Of a stretch of 64,000 bases of DNA, positions 1 through 8,960 are shown piece by piece (positions within the stretch are counted from its first letter, which is position 1; every line of letters begins with the position of its first letter). Position numbers and translations under genes: made by a program. Source of the DNA: Dehalococcoidia bacterium (GTDB lineage Bacteria; Chloroflexota; Dehalococcoidia; Lucifugimonadales; Australimonadaceae); NCBI GenBank assembly GCA_965242755.1, contig OZ251500.1, positions 3,055,415-3,119,414 of the forward strand, given 5' to 3'. The notes below the pieces were generated by a model. That model did no database searches. It was not told the origin of the DNA and saw only the letters and a program-made list of their open reading frames with translations.

Positions 1-276
1 CAGCCGCACCCAGGTGGACGAGGTGACCTCCGACGGCCTGAGCAGCCCCGCCTCGAGCATGAGGATCGACTCGTAGGCGAGGCCCAACTCGTCGGAGAGT
101 TCGCGGATGCTGTAGCCGCGGCGGTAGCGCATCTCGCGGAGATACGTTCCGAACTGCTGCATCTCGGCGGTGATGTGGCCCGCCGACGCGAGCCACCGCT
201 CGCCGGCGCCCATTGCGAAGCGCACCCACGGGCCGCGCCCCGAACGGAACGTGTTGGAAGAACGCTGCTGCGTCAC
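1..276 (-). CDS. XRE-family helix-turn-helix protein (partial, runs off window start)
   Basis: Manual translation from GTG at 276 (overlapping the upstream TGA) gives ...MQQFGTYLREMRYRRGYSIRELSDELGLAYESILMLEAG..., an XRE/HTH_3 pattern. Not in the ORF track. Confidence 0.75.
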   Translation of the reverse strand, partial: MTQQRSSNTFRSGRGPWVRFAMGAGERWLASAGHITAEMQQFGTYLREMRYRRGYSIRELSDELGLAYESILMLEAGLLRPSEVTSSTWVRL

Positions 277-959
277 GAAGCCTGCTCCTCGACAAAGTGG
301 GCGAGTATCCCCGCCGTCTCCTTCTGGCTCAGCCCCGCCTGCTCGCAGTACATCGTGAACCGCTCGCGGGCGCGGTTGAGCCGCAGGAGTATCGCGCGCG
401 GACTCGGCGCGTCCAGCATCACCGCCATCTGATCGATGTCGCGGTTCATCTGATACCGCAGCCGCAGCGCGAAGGCGTCCCGCGGGAAATCCGCCTCGAA
501 CCGCTGCCACAACTCCGCGTTCTCCTCGAACACGGACGGCGCGCCCTCCGCGCCCTCCAGCGACTCGGCGCTCCGCCGCTCCTTCTCGTCCTCCGTCTCC
601 CGAGCCTTCGCCTCGCGCTCCGCCGTGCTCCACAACTCCTTGAACCGCGCCTCCACCGCCTCGGCGTACCACTCCGCGATGTTCCGCGGGTTGCCCATCG
701 TGGGGACGCGCTCGAGCAACTGCATCAGCGTGTCCGCCGCCGCGTCCGCCCGATAGTCGAGCGGCACGGCCGCGACGCCCCATTTTTCGGGCTCGCGGTA
801 GATGCGCTCCGCCAGTTCCGCCGCGAGGTTGCGAACCTCCCGCGTGGAGCTCTCCCGCGCGGCACCGTCTTTCGACGCCTCCGCGTGGTCGCGCAGCAGC
901 GTCTGCAGACGCTTCACGATCTCGCCTTCGGACAGGTACAGGTGGCCTGATGTCGTCAT
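273..959 (-). CDS. ECF/sigma-70-like protein (divergent region 2, region 4 HTH)
   Basis: C-terminal FPRDAFALRLRYQMNRDIDQMAVMLDAPSPRAILLRLNRARERF resembles sigma70 region 4. ADAAADTLMQLL...EWYAEAV resembles region 2. Start taken at MTTSGH; the ORF extends to 1016. Confidence 0.55.
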   Translation of the reverse strand: MTTSGHLYLSEGEIVKRLQTLLRDHAEASKDGAARESSTREVRNLAAELAERIYREPEKWGVAAVPLDYRADAAADTLMQLLERVPTMGNPRNIAEWYAEAVEARFKELWSTAEREAKARETEDEKERRSAESLEGAEGAPSVFEENAELWQRFEADFPRDAFALRLRYQMNRDIDQMAVMLDAPSPRAILLRLNRARERFTMYCEQAGLSQKETAGILAHFVEEQAS

Positions 960-1286
960 ACGCTCCCGGTTGCGCCCGGCAATGCGGCCTCGGTGTTGCC
1001 TTCCATCATAGCGCATAGCGGCGGCGGGCTCTACCCCTTGCGCGTGCGGGTTAGCGGCGGGCGGCGGGGGGAGGAGGGGGGCGTCCCCTTCCCCCTAGCG
1101 TGTTTCCCGTTGGAGTGACGCGGGCGAGGGCGGCGCACAGGCTGGCGGAGCCCACTCGGGCCCGGCGGGGGGAGAAGGCTGATATAGCAGCCAAACCACG
1201 TCTCTAGCCTATTGCATAGGGCAAGGTTGTTGTGTATAGTCTCCTGCGCTGGCGCCGTGAGACCATCCCCGATTGGATGAGGTGAC

Positions 1287-1955
1287 ATGGGAATACGCGA
1301 AATCTGCCGCCTGCTGGCCGAACAACTGATTTCGGTTTTCAGCACTGCGCCTGCGGGCCTCCCTGAGCGTGAGGACTCTCGGGCGTTTGGCGCGATGATC
1401 GAAGCGCGAATAAAGGAAACGTGGACTCATGTCTGCGAGAACGCAGGATTCCTTGCTCTGCCTCGCCCTGGGAGGCGCACCATCTACGACCTTGCGTTGA
1501 CGGACGGCTCCCAGTTGGTTGGAGTTGACATAAAAACAAAAGACCTCGACGTGGGAATCTACTCCGACGGAGGCATTTGCTCGGTTGCCAACTTGTTGAG
1601 TTTCCTTTCAACAAAGCAAGGCATATTCCTTATAGCCGAATTTGGGCATAAGGCAACTACACGCGGCAGACGTCGCATTGAGTACATACGAGTCGCTCCG
1701 TTGGCTATGCTCCCTCACGACGTTTACAGGATTGAGAATCTTGGGACAGGGCAAATCCGCTTAGACCGCACGATCCATGAAGTGTGGAATGAAATTGACT
1801 GGGACCGGACTCTCCATGAGTTCTATGAGCATTTTATCGAAAAGGCGATCGCGCACTATCAAAGGGTCACAGAGAAGGCCGACCAACGGATAGCGTACTT
1901 GAAGGAATTCCAGAGAGACGGATACACGCGATTCAATTCCATGATGATATCATGA
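1287..1955 (+). CDS. Putative type II restriction endonuclease (PD-(D/E)XK fold)
   Basis: YDLALTDGSQLVGVDIKTK catalytic-like motif, lower GC than the flanks, ATGA overlap with the downstream methyltransferase. Confidence 0.65.
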   Translation: MGIREICRLLAEQLISVFSTAPAGLPEREDSRAFGAMIEARIKETWTHVCENAGFLALPRPGRRTIYDLALTDGSQLVGVDIKTKDLDVGIYSDGGICSVANLLSFLSTKQGIFLIAEFGHKATTRGRRRIEYIRVAPLAMLPHDVYRIENLGTGQIRLDRTIHEVWNEIDWDRTLHEFYEHFIEKAIAHYQRVTEKADQRIAYLKEFQRDGYTRFNSMMIS

Positions 1956-3499
1956 TCGGGCAAATTTTCACACCCATAGCATGGGCAAAATGGCTCATAG
2001 AGAGATGGCATGTGTTCGACGCATGGCTGGCAGGCGCGCGGATATGCGACCCGACAGCAGGACAAGGGGCTTTCGCCCTCGCGATGTTCGAAATCGCCAG
2101 GGAGCGTGGGGTGGCCTTAACCTCCTCTCTGTTGTCACGCCTGAAATTGATCGATATCGATGCCGCTAGCCTGGCCGCTTTCAGAGAAACTGCTCGTGTG
2201 AATTTTGGGGTGAATTTTCCAGTAGCAAATCTCCTAAACCACGACGTACTGACCACCCAATTCATTGAACGCTTTGATATTCTCGTAGGTAATCCTCCTT
2301 GGATGAACTACGCTAAACTTCCGCTAGTGTACAAAAGGCAAATTGCCTCCTTGTTCATTAATGAAGGGCTCGTGCTCGACAAGCGCCGTCTCTTGCTTGG
2401 AAGTTCACGAATCGACTTGTCCGCACTGATACTTAACCGGACGCTGGGGAGGTTGCTTGAACAGGATGGATCCGGGTATTTTTATATCCCCTTGTCGCTG
2501 TTTTTCGGGGACGATGCACATTCAGGCTTTCGGAATTACATTTCGAACGGGCGTGATTTCAAAGTCGAAGAAGTATACGAGTTCTCCAAGAATAAAGTGT
2601 TCAAGGGCGTAACCACTGCGTATGGAGCCGCGCATTTTCACATTGACAGCCGCCAGGAATTCCCTGTCAAGTACTTCAAGCAAATTGATAACGAATGGAT
2701 ACCATACAGCTCTATTCCGTTGCATGGGCATGGAAGCCAATGGAGAATTACAACAGGCGAAGAGCGGCTCCCTGCGTTCAATGTGTCCTTGTCAGCAGAG
2801 CAAAAGCCACGGCAAGGCGTCAACACATGCGGGGCAAATGAGGTCTTGCTGTTCGGAGAGAAACCTGCTTATCTCCCTTCTGAATTTCTCTTCCCCGTGG
2901 CGACCAAGGAATCCTGGCGAGGATCGAAGCACGCTCCGACGAAATGGATACTTCTTCCCTACGATACAGTGACGGCTAAGCCTCTGTCGTGGAGCCAAAT
3001 TGCCAAAAGCGAAAACTTGGCTGAGTACCTTATGCAGAAGAAGAGCATCCTTGAGGCGCGTAAGGGTACACTGATCCAGTCCGCTATTCAAAATGACAAA
3101 TGGTGGTCATTGCTGGGCGTTGGGACATACTCTTTTGCTCCGTACAAAGTGATTTGGGAAGCCTACGGAAGAGATCAGTTCACTCCAATCATTTTGGACA
3201 ATTTTGATGGCCATCCGTGGCAAGGAAATCAGGCTTTGCATGCATATATTCCGTGCTGGAGCAAGGGGGAAGCCCAGCGAATACAAGCCGAGCTTTCGCA
3301 ACCTGCAATCCCTGTGCTCCTCAGGGAACTGAATGGAGGAGGCAAGTGCAACTGGGCGCAACCTGGCAAGATTATGAAGATAATCGTTGCCGCGTCCGTT
3401 GCTGATAAGTCCGTTCCACTATTTGGCCTCCCGGCCTCTGCCGCTTCTGGCGAGGCGCCTGGCGGCAGACTCGGCGTGGGCTCCTTTACTCCTCTGTGA
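1952..3499 (+). CDS. N6-adenine DNA methyltransferase (gamma class, TaqI/Eco57I-like)
   Basis: GQIFTP, SAM-binding motif I DPTAGQGAF, then catalytic motif IV GNPPW. Confidence 0.88.
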   Translation: MIGQIFTPIAWAKWLIERWHVFDAWLAGARICDPTAGQGAFALAMFEIARERGVALTSSLLSRLKLIDIDAASLAAFRETARVNFGVNFPVANLLNHDVLTTQFIERFDILVGNPPWMNYAKLPLVYKRQIASLFINEGLVLDKRRLLLGSSRIDLSALILNRTLGRLLEQDGSGYFYIPLSLFFGDDAHSGFRNYISNGRDFKVEEVYEFSKNKVFKGVTTAYGAAHFHIDSRQEFPVKYFKQIDNEWIPYSSIPLHGHGSQWRITTGEERLPAFNVSLSAEQKPRQGVNTCGANEVLLFGEKPAYLPSEFLFPVATKESWRGSKHAPTKWILLPYDTVTAKPLSWSQIAKSENLAEYLMQKKSILEARKGTLIQSAIQNDKWWSLLGVGTYSFAPYKVIWEAYGRDQFTPIILDNFDGHPWQGNQALHAYIPCWSKGEAQRIQAELSQPAIPVLLRELNGGGKCNWAQPGKIMKIIVAASVADKSVPLFGLPASAASGEAPGGRLGVGSFTPL

Positions 3500-3623
3500 C
3501 CCTCCCGCTCGTACCCACCCTCCGCAATGAATGACATCCTATCAACCGTCGCCAAGGGGCTAGATGAGGCTTGGCTGGGGTTGTGAGGAGCACCGTTGGG
3601 TGACCGCTACGGTGCTAGAGCAG

Positions 3624-4361
3624 CTACTGAACCAGCTCAGGGTGCTCCAAAATCGCGTGGGTAATCTCGTTGGTTACCCAGTTCATTTCACCATTGATGT
3701 ACCACCGGCGCATTCCCATCTGCTCTAGCCTGCGGTACAGCGCATCGGTTCTCTTCGCGTCATTAACCACGTCCTTCGGCCGGGTGGATTGACGCAGCCT
3801 TTCCATCCAGTGATGCGCGTAACTCATCGCCTGCGAAGCCGTGACAGGGCCGAATCCACACCTAGAGCAGAAACGGAGGTCGTTGAGGTCCGAGCAAACC
3901 GAACAGGTGTCCCATAGCACATAGTCCCCCGATCGGTTATAGCCTCCAGCGACATCGTGGTAGATAGAGCCACAAACCGACCCGAGCTCGTAGTGAACTT
4001 GAAAGAACCGATGCCGCACAAACCACGTACTCACAAGGGGTATTGATCCTTCCGCGTGGATACGTGCGTCGTTCGGATCTATCGTATCTACCTCGACGTG
4101 GTTACACGTTGCTCTGAGCACAGCAATTCCTTGTGCTCTCGTGTATGTCGTGGGCACCAAAATCATCTGGCGATGGGCGGGCTTCTTCCTGCGGAAGGCG
4201 CAAATGCGGACTACAGCCGAGATAACCAGCGCAGTCGTGGTACTGCGAGCGCGACGCAACCAGTGGCAAATTGCCTCGTACTTCTTCGTGATGATATTCG
4301 AGGCAACACCGGCCACCGTGGTGGCGACCAAGAGGATCACTGCGTCTATTATCACGTCCAC
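3624..4361 (-). CDS. Hypothetical protein with N-terminal membrane anchor and CxxC-x8-CxxC zinc ribbon
   Basis: 245-aa lower-GC ORF with hydrophobic N-terminus and CSVC...CSRCG. Confidence 0.55.
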   Translation of the reverse strand: MDVIIDAVILLVATTVAGVASNIITKKYEAICHWLRRARSTTTALVISAVVRICAFRRKKPAHRQMILVPTTYTRAQGIAVLRATCNHVEVDTIDPNDARIHAEGSIPLVSTWFVRHRFFQVHYELGSVCGSIYHDVAGGYNRSGDYVLWDTCSVCSDLNDLRFCSRCGFGPVTASQAMSYAHHWMERLRQSTRPKDVVNDAKRTDALYRRLEQMGMRRWYINGEMNWVTNEITHAILEHPELVQ

Positions 4362-4364
4362 GAT

Positions 4365-4484
4365 CTACCGCCGGAACCACCCGACGAGCGCACCCACAAC
4401 GACCGCGATCACGAACATCGGGATGAACACGACGGGCTCTAGGAGCCCACCTCCTGCTACGAATTCGTTGAACCTGTCAATCAT
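4365..4484 (-). CDS. Small single-pass membrane peptide (39 aa)
   Basis: MIDRFNEFVAGGGLLEPVVFIPMFVIAVVVGALVGWFRR*, with GGAGAAGAGA before the ATG. The stop lies 3 nt before the next GTG. Below the ORF-track cutoff. Confidence 0.5.
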   Translation of the reverse strand: MIDRFNEFVAGGGLLEPVVFIPMFVIAVVVGALVGWFRR

Positions 4485-4575
4485 TCTCTTCTCCATTCGT
4501 CCTGTCTTGTCCTTAGAGCCCTTGCCACTGCTATCGGGAGGTCATTCGCAACAGGAGAGCAGAAGGCACGCTAGA

Positions 4576-4812
4576 TTACGCCCTTCTCGTGCTGAACTCC
4601 CAGGCCGACGCGCCCATCGGCGCCCAAGCGTTGCCCTTAGAGACATCAAGGATGCCGTCCCAGCCCGGCCCGGTCACCGAACTGCCGATCGACATGTCGA
4701 TGAGCGATGGCATCGGACAGGTCGCCAGCGCCAGCGGCCTGACCGGCAGTCGGTGGGGCGCGTCGGGGTTGCCTCGCCCAATCCTCAATTTCAGAGGCGT
4801 CAAAGCGATCAT
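4576..4812 (-). pseudogene. Remnant of the N-terminal REase-like (GWDG...WE) domain of a large NTPase-type defence protein
   Basis: LATCPMPSLIDMSIGSSVTGPGWDGILDVSKGNAWAPMGASAWEFST matches the recalled pattern of such N-terminal domains, then stops immediately. Confidence 0.5.
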
Positions 4813-4892
4813 GCAATCATCATACAGAACGCTAGTTCATTGTCAACGAGCCGCCCTCCCTCCCCCCGCCCCATGTGATACCATACCCCCCG

Positions 4893-6473
4893 ATGACGAC
4901 CACCCCCAAAACAGCCGAGCCGCAAGCCGCCAACGCCCCGTTGGACGAGTTGCGCCGCCACAAGCGCATCATTAGCGAGCCGGAGAGCGACCCGCGCGTC
5001 GAGCAGCAGCACGCGCGAGGCAAACTCACCGCCCGCGAGCGCATCGGCCACCTCCTCGACAAGGGCTCCTTCGAGGAACTCGGCGCGTTCGTGACGCACC
5101 GCTCCAGCGAGTTCGGCCTCGCCGACAAGAAGTACCCCGGCGACTCCGTGATCACCGGCTACGGGAAGATCAACGGCAAGCCCGCCTACGTCTACTCCCA
5201 GGACTTCACCGTGCTCGGCGGGTCGCTCTCGGAGGTCGCCGCCGAGAAGATCTGCAAGGTGATGGACTTGGCGATGCGGAACGGGGCGCCGATCATCGGC
5301 ATCTCCGACTCCGGGGGCGCGCGCATCCAGGAGGGCGTGGCGAGCCTCGCGGGCTACGGCGAAATCTTTATGCGGAACACGCTCGCCTCCGGCGTCGTTC
5401 CCCAAATCTCCGCCATCCTCGGCCCGTCGGCCGGCGGCGCCGTCTACTCCCCCGCCATCACCGACTTCACGCTGATGGTGCGCGGCATCTCCCAAATGTT
5501 CATCACGGGGCCCGACGTGATCAAGGCCGTCACCGGCGAGGAGATCACCCACGAGGCGCTCGGCGGCGCCGACGCCCACGCCGTCCACTCCGGCGTCTCC
5601 CACTTCACCCTCGACTCCGAGTTGGAGTGCATGGAGACGATCCGCCAACTCCTGAGCTACCTGCCGCCGAACAACCTCGACGATCCGCCGACGGGAGAGC
5701 AGGACGACCCCCATGACCGCGCCGACGACGGCCTGCGCGACATTGTGCCGCAGGAATCCAACCGCCCCTACGATATGCTCGACGTCATCGGCCGCGTTTT
5801 CGATCACGGCGACTTCCTCAACATTCAGCGCGACTTCGCCCCGAACATCATCATCGGGTTCGGCCGGCTGCACGGGCGCAGCGTCGGCGTCGTCGCGCAG
5901 CAGCCCGCGCACCTCGCGGGCGTGATCGACATTCACGCATCCGTCAAGGCGGCGCGGTTCGTCCGGTTCTGCGACGCCTTCAACATTCCCATCGTCACGT
6001 TCGCCGACGTGCCCGGCTATATGCCGGGTCAGGATCAGGAGCATCGGGGCATCATCCGGCAGGGCGCGAAACTGCTCTACGCCTACGCCGAGGCGACCGT
6101 CCCCAAGATCACGGTGGTGACGCGCAAAGCCTACGGCGGCGCCTACGTCGTGATGGGCAGCAAGCACCTCCGCACCGACATCAACCTCGCGTGGCCGTCC
6201 GCCGAAATCGCGGTGATGGGCCCGGACGCCGCCGTCAACATCATCCATCGCCGCGAACTCGCCGACTCCAAAGACCCCGACGCCGTCCGCGCCGAACTCA
6301 TCGAGGACTACCGGACGAGTTTCGCCAACCCCTACCAGGCCGCCGAGCGCGGCTTCATAGACGACGTGATCGACCCTGCGAAGACGAGGCCGCTGCTCAT
6401 CCGCGCGCTCGACGCCCTCCAAAACAAGCGCGACACGCTCCCCCCGAAAAAGCACGGCAACATCCCGCTGTAG
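4893..6473 (+). CDS. pccB: Acyl-CoA (propionyl/methylmalonyl-CoA) carboxylase, carboxyltransferase beta subunit
   Basis: GKLTARERI, QDFTVLGGSL, DSGGARIQEG, RKAYGGAY and C-terminal PPKKHGNIPL. Confidence 0.9.
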   Translation: MTTTPKTAEPQAANAPLDELRRHKRIISEPESDPRVEQQHARGKLTARERIGHLLDKGSFEELGAFVTHRSSEFGLADKKYPGDSVITGYGKINGKPAYVYSQDFTVLGGSLSEVAAEKICKVMDLAMRNGAPIIGISDSGGARIQEGVASLAGYGEIFMRNTLASGVVPQISAILGPSAGGAVYSPAITDFTLMVRGISQMFITGPDVIKAVTGEEITHEALGGADAHAVHSGVSHFTLDSELECMETIRQLLSYLPPNNLDDPPTGEQDDPHDRADDGLRDIVPQESNRPYDMLDVIGRVFDHGDFLNIQRDFAPNIIIGFGRLHGRSVGVVAQQPAHLAGVIDIHASVKAARFVRFCDAFNIPIVTFADVPGYMPGQDQEHRGIIRQGAKLLYAYAEATVPKITVVTRKAYGGAYVVMGSKHLRTDINLAWPSAEIAVMGPDAAVNIIHRRELADSKDPDAVRAELIEDYRTSFANPYQAAERGFIDDVIDPAKTRPLLIRALDALQNKRDTLPPKKHGNIPL

Positions 6474-6502
6474 TGGGGCGGCGGAGGCGGGGGGCGCCGC
6501 AA

Positions 6503-7666
6503 ATGACCGTCATCGATCCCATGCGGCGGGCGATTGAACTCGCCCGCCAGTCCGTCGGAGCGACGAGCCCCAACCCGCCCGTCGGCGCCGTCCTCGTAAA
6601 GGACGGCCGCATCGTCGGCGAGGGGCGAACGCAGCCGGCGGGCGGGCCGCACGCGGAGGCCGAGGCGCTCCGCAGCGCAGGCGCGGAGGCGCGGGGCTCC
6701 GACCTCTACGTCACGCTCGAGCCGTGCGCCCACCACGGACGCACGCCCCCATGCGCCGATGCCCTCATCGCGGCGGGCATCGCGTCCGTCCGAATCGCCG
6801 TGATGGACCCCGCGCCTCATACCGACGGACGCGGCGTCGAGCGGCTGCGGAGCGCGGGGCTTCCCGTGATCGTGGACGACGGCCCTGCGGAGGCGCGGCG
6901 CCTCGTCGAGGCGTTCGCCAAGCATGTTGCGACGGGGCTGCCGTTCGTCGTCGCCAAGTTCGCAATGAGCCTCGACGGCAAAATAGCGACCCGCTCCGGC
7001 GACTCCCGCTGGATATCCAACGAAGCCTCGCGCCGCGAAGCGCACCGGCTGCGCGCCGAGGACGACGCCGTGATGGTCGGCGTCGGAACCGCGCTCGCCG
7101 ACGATCCGCGCCTCACCATACGCGACGTTCCGTTGGGCGCCCGCGCCCAGCCGCTGCGCGTCGTTGCCGACAGCGCCGGGCGCCTCCCCGCCGGCGCGGC
7201 GATGCTCGCCGAAGAGGGGCGGACGCTCGTCGCCGTCGCATCGGATGACGCGGCGCGGCGCATGGAGGCGCTCGGCGCGGAGGCCGTCGTCGCGACGGGC
7301 GCGGACGGGCGCGTTGATCTGCCCCGCCTCCTCTCTGAACTTGGCGCCCGCGACGTCATGTCGCTGCTCGTCGAGGGCGGCGCAACGCTCCACGGGGCGC
7401 TGTTCGCGGGCGGCCTCGTCGACAAGGTCGTCGCGTTCGTCGCGCCCGTCGTCATCGGGGGCGCCGGCGCGCCCGGGCCCGTCGGCGGCGAGGGCGCGGA
7501 GCGCATCGCGGACGCGCTCCGGCTGGACGGCGCAACCTACGCCGATATGGACGGCGACCTAATGGTCGTCGGCTACCCGGCCCGCGTAGGCGGAAAAACC
7601 ATGCGGGGCGAAGAGAATCCGCCTTCTCCCGATGGCGGGAGAGGGCAGCCGCGAAGCGGCGGGTGA
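6503..7666 (+). CDS. ribD: Bifunctional riboflavin deaminase/reductase RibD
   Basis: PNPPVGAV, HAE, TLEPCAHHGRTPPC, SLDGKIA and VEGG motifs. The last ~25 codons read through repeat DNA. Confidence 0.95.
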   Translation: MTVIDPMRRAIELARQSVGATSPNPPVGAVLVKDGRIVGEGRTQPAGGPHAEAEALRSAGAEARGSDLYVTLEPCAHHGRTPPCADALIAAGIASVRIAVMDPAPHTDGRGVERLRSAGLPVIVDDGPAEARRLVEAFAKHVATGLPFVVAKFAMSLDGKIATRSGDSRWISNEASRREAHRLRAEDDAVMVGVGTALADDPRLTIRDVPLGARAQPLRVVADSAGRLPAGAAMLAEEGRTLVAVASDDAARRMEALGAEAVVATGADGRVDLPRLLSELGARDVMSLLVEGGATLHGALFAGGLVDKVVAFVAPVVIGGAGAPGPVGGEGAERIADALRLDGATYADMDGDLMVVGYPARVGGKTMRGEENPPSPDGGRGQPRSGG

Positions 7667-7716
7667 GGGTTGCCCCGCCCGCGTAGGCGGGAAAACCATG
7701 CGTCGCGTAGCCCCTC

Positions 7717-8945
7717 TGAACGACCGGAGACATGGGTGACGCTAGCCCGAATACATAGGTAACGCCCTGACGGGGGTTTTGATTATACGCATGGCTTGCC
7801 CGTCCAACAGGCCAATCTCCAAATGGCCGAACCGGATCGCCAAGCTCCGGTCGTCATGCCGAACAAGCCCGACGGGCTCGCCAACCAACGCCTCGCTGAG
7901 GAACACCCGCTCCCCCGCCCACTTGATCTCCCCGTTGCCGCCAACCCGGCGCACTTCGACGCCATCGCCGTATTCGGGGCTTGCGACTTTGTCGGGGTAG
8001 GGGCGCGGCGACGGGGCGTAGCGGGAGGCCGGCGGACGCTGGCCCAGCGCCTCGTGCGGGCGCTCCTCGTTGTAGACGCGGCGGAAGGCGTCGAAGGGGC
8101 GCTGCTGGTCGGCGAGGGTTGCGGCGGGCGGGCTCATCGCGGCCTCCTTGAGCGCGCGATGGAAGCGTTCGAGGCGCCCGTTCCGCTCGGGATGGCCTGG
8201 CGCGATGCGTTCGGGGGTTATGCCGAGTTTGACGAGGCGGACGGCGAATGCGGAGAGGCCGCCGAGGCCGGATGACGCGAACGGGGAGGACGCGGCGAGC
8301 GTTGGGCGCGGGAGCCCCTCGCAGGCGATGATGAAGCGGGAGTCGGCGTCGATGAGGGTAAGGGGGTCGAGGCGCGCGCCGTCGCCCGTCCGCGCCCAGC
8401 CCTTGAAGTCGATGGCCCAGCAGTCGTTGGGGGCTCGGACGTCTGCGAAGGGGTCTGCGAAGGGAGGGGAGCGGCGGGAGCGCTTGCGGCGCTTGACGAG
8501 GCCCTCGCGGTCGAGGATGGCGCCGGCGGTGGAGGGCGCTGGCCAGGGCAGGTCGGGATGGGCGCCGCGGAGGGTTGGGATGATCTTCTTGGGGCCGAGC
8601 AAGGGGGCGTTCCGCTTGGCGTCGACGATCATCGCGGCGAGCTTGGGGTCTGTGGCGCTGGGGTTGCGTGGAGCGCGTGGGAAGTCGTGGAGGCCGGCGT
8701 CGCCGAGCTGGTTGAAGCGGTTGATGAACTTGTGGGCGGTCTTGCGTGAGACGCGGAAGCGCCGCGCGAGTTCGGCGATGGGGGCGTCGCCTGCGGTCCA
8801 AGCGGCGATAAGGGCGCGGCGCTGGTCTACGGCAGTGGCGCTGATCCAGGGCAACATTGGTCCTCCTCTATGCGCGTCTGTGCATCATCGCCGAGGAGTT
8901 ACCCATGTATCCGGGTTTCTGTTACCTATGTTCCCGGTCTGTACC
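7717..8945 (-). mobile_element. IS481-family insertion sequence (defective)
   Basis: Imperfect terminal inverted repeats TGAACGACCGGAGACATGGGTGAC (7717) and the reverse complement GGTACAGACCGGGAACATAGGTAAC (8945). Each end has two tandem CCG-N3-ACAT-GGT-AC units. No clear target-site duplication. Confidence 0.85.
7742..8857 (-). pseudogene. IS481-family transposase with in-frame deletion of the second catalytic Asp segment
   Basis: N-terminal HTH, WAIDFKG and NGRLERFHRALK are present, but PTLAA joins directly to SSPFAS, so the usual EYGLP..IRSDNG stretch is missing. Confidence 0.75.
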
Positions 8946-8960
8946 GGGCGACCCGCCCCC

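Noticed and set aside
1063-4870. G-rich/C-rich imperfect inverted repeats (GGCGGGGGGAGG) at the edges of the low-GC island as transposon ends
   Set aside because: Short and low-complexity, with no transposase or target duplication. A chance match is likely at this GC content.
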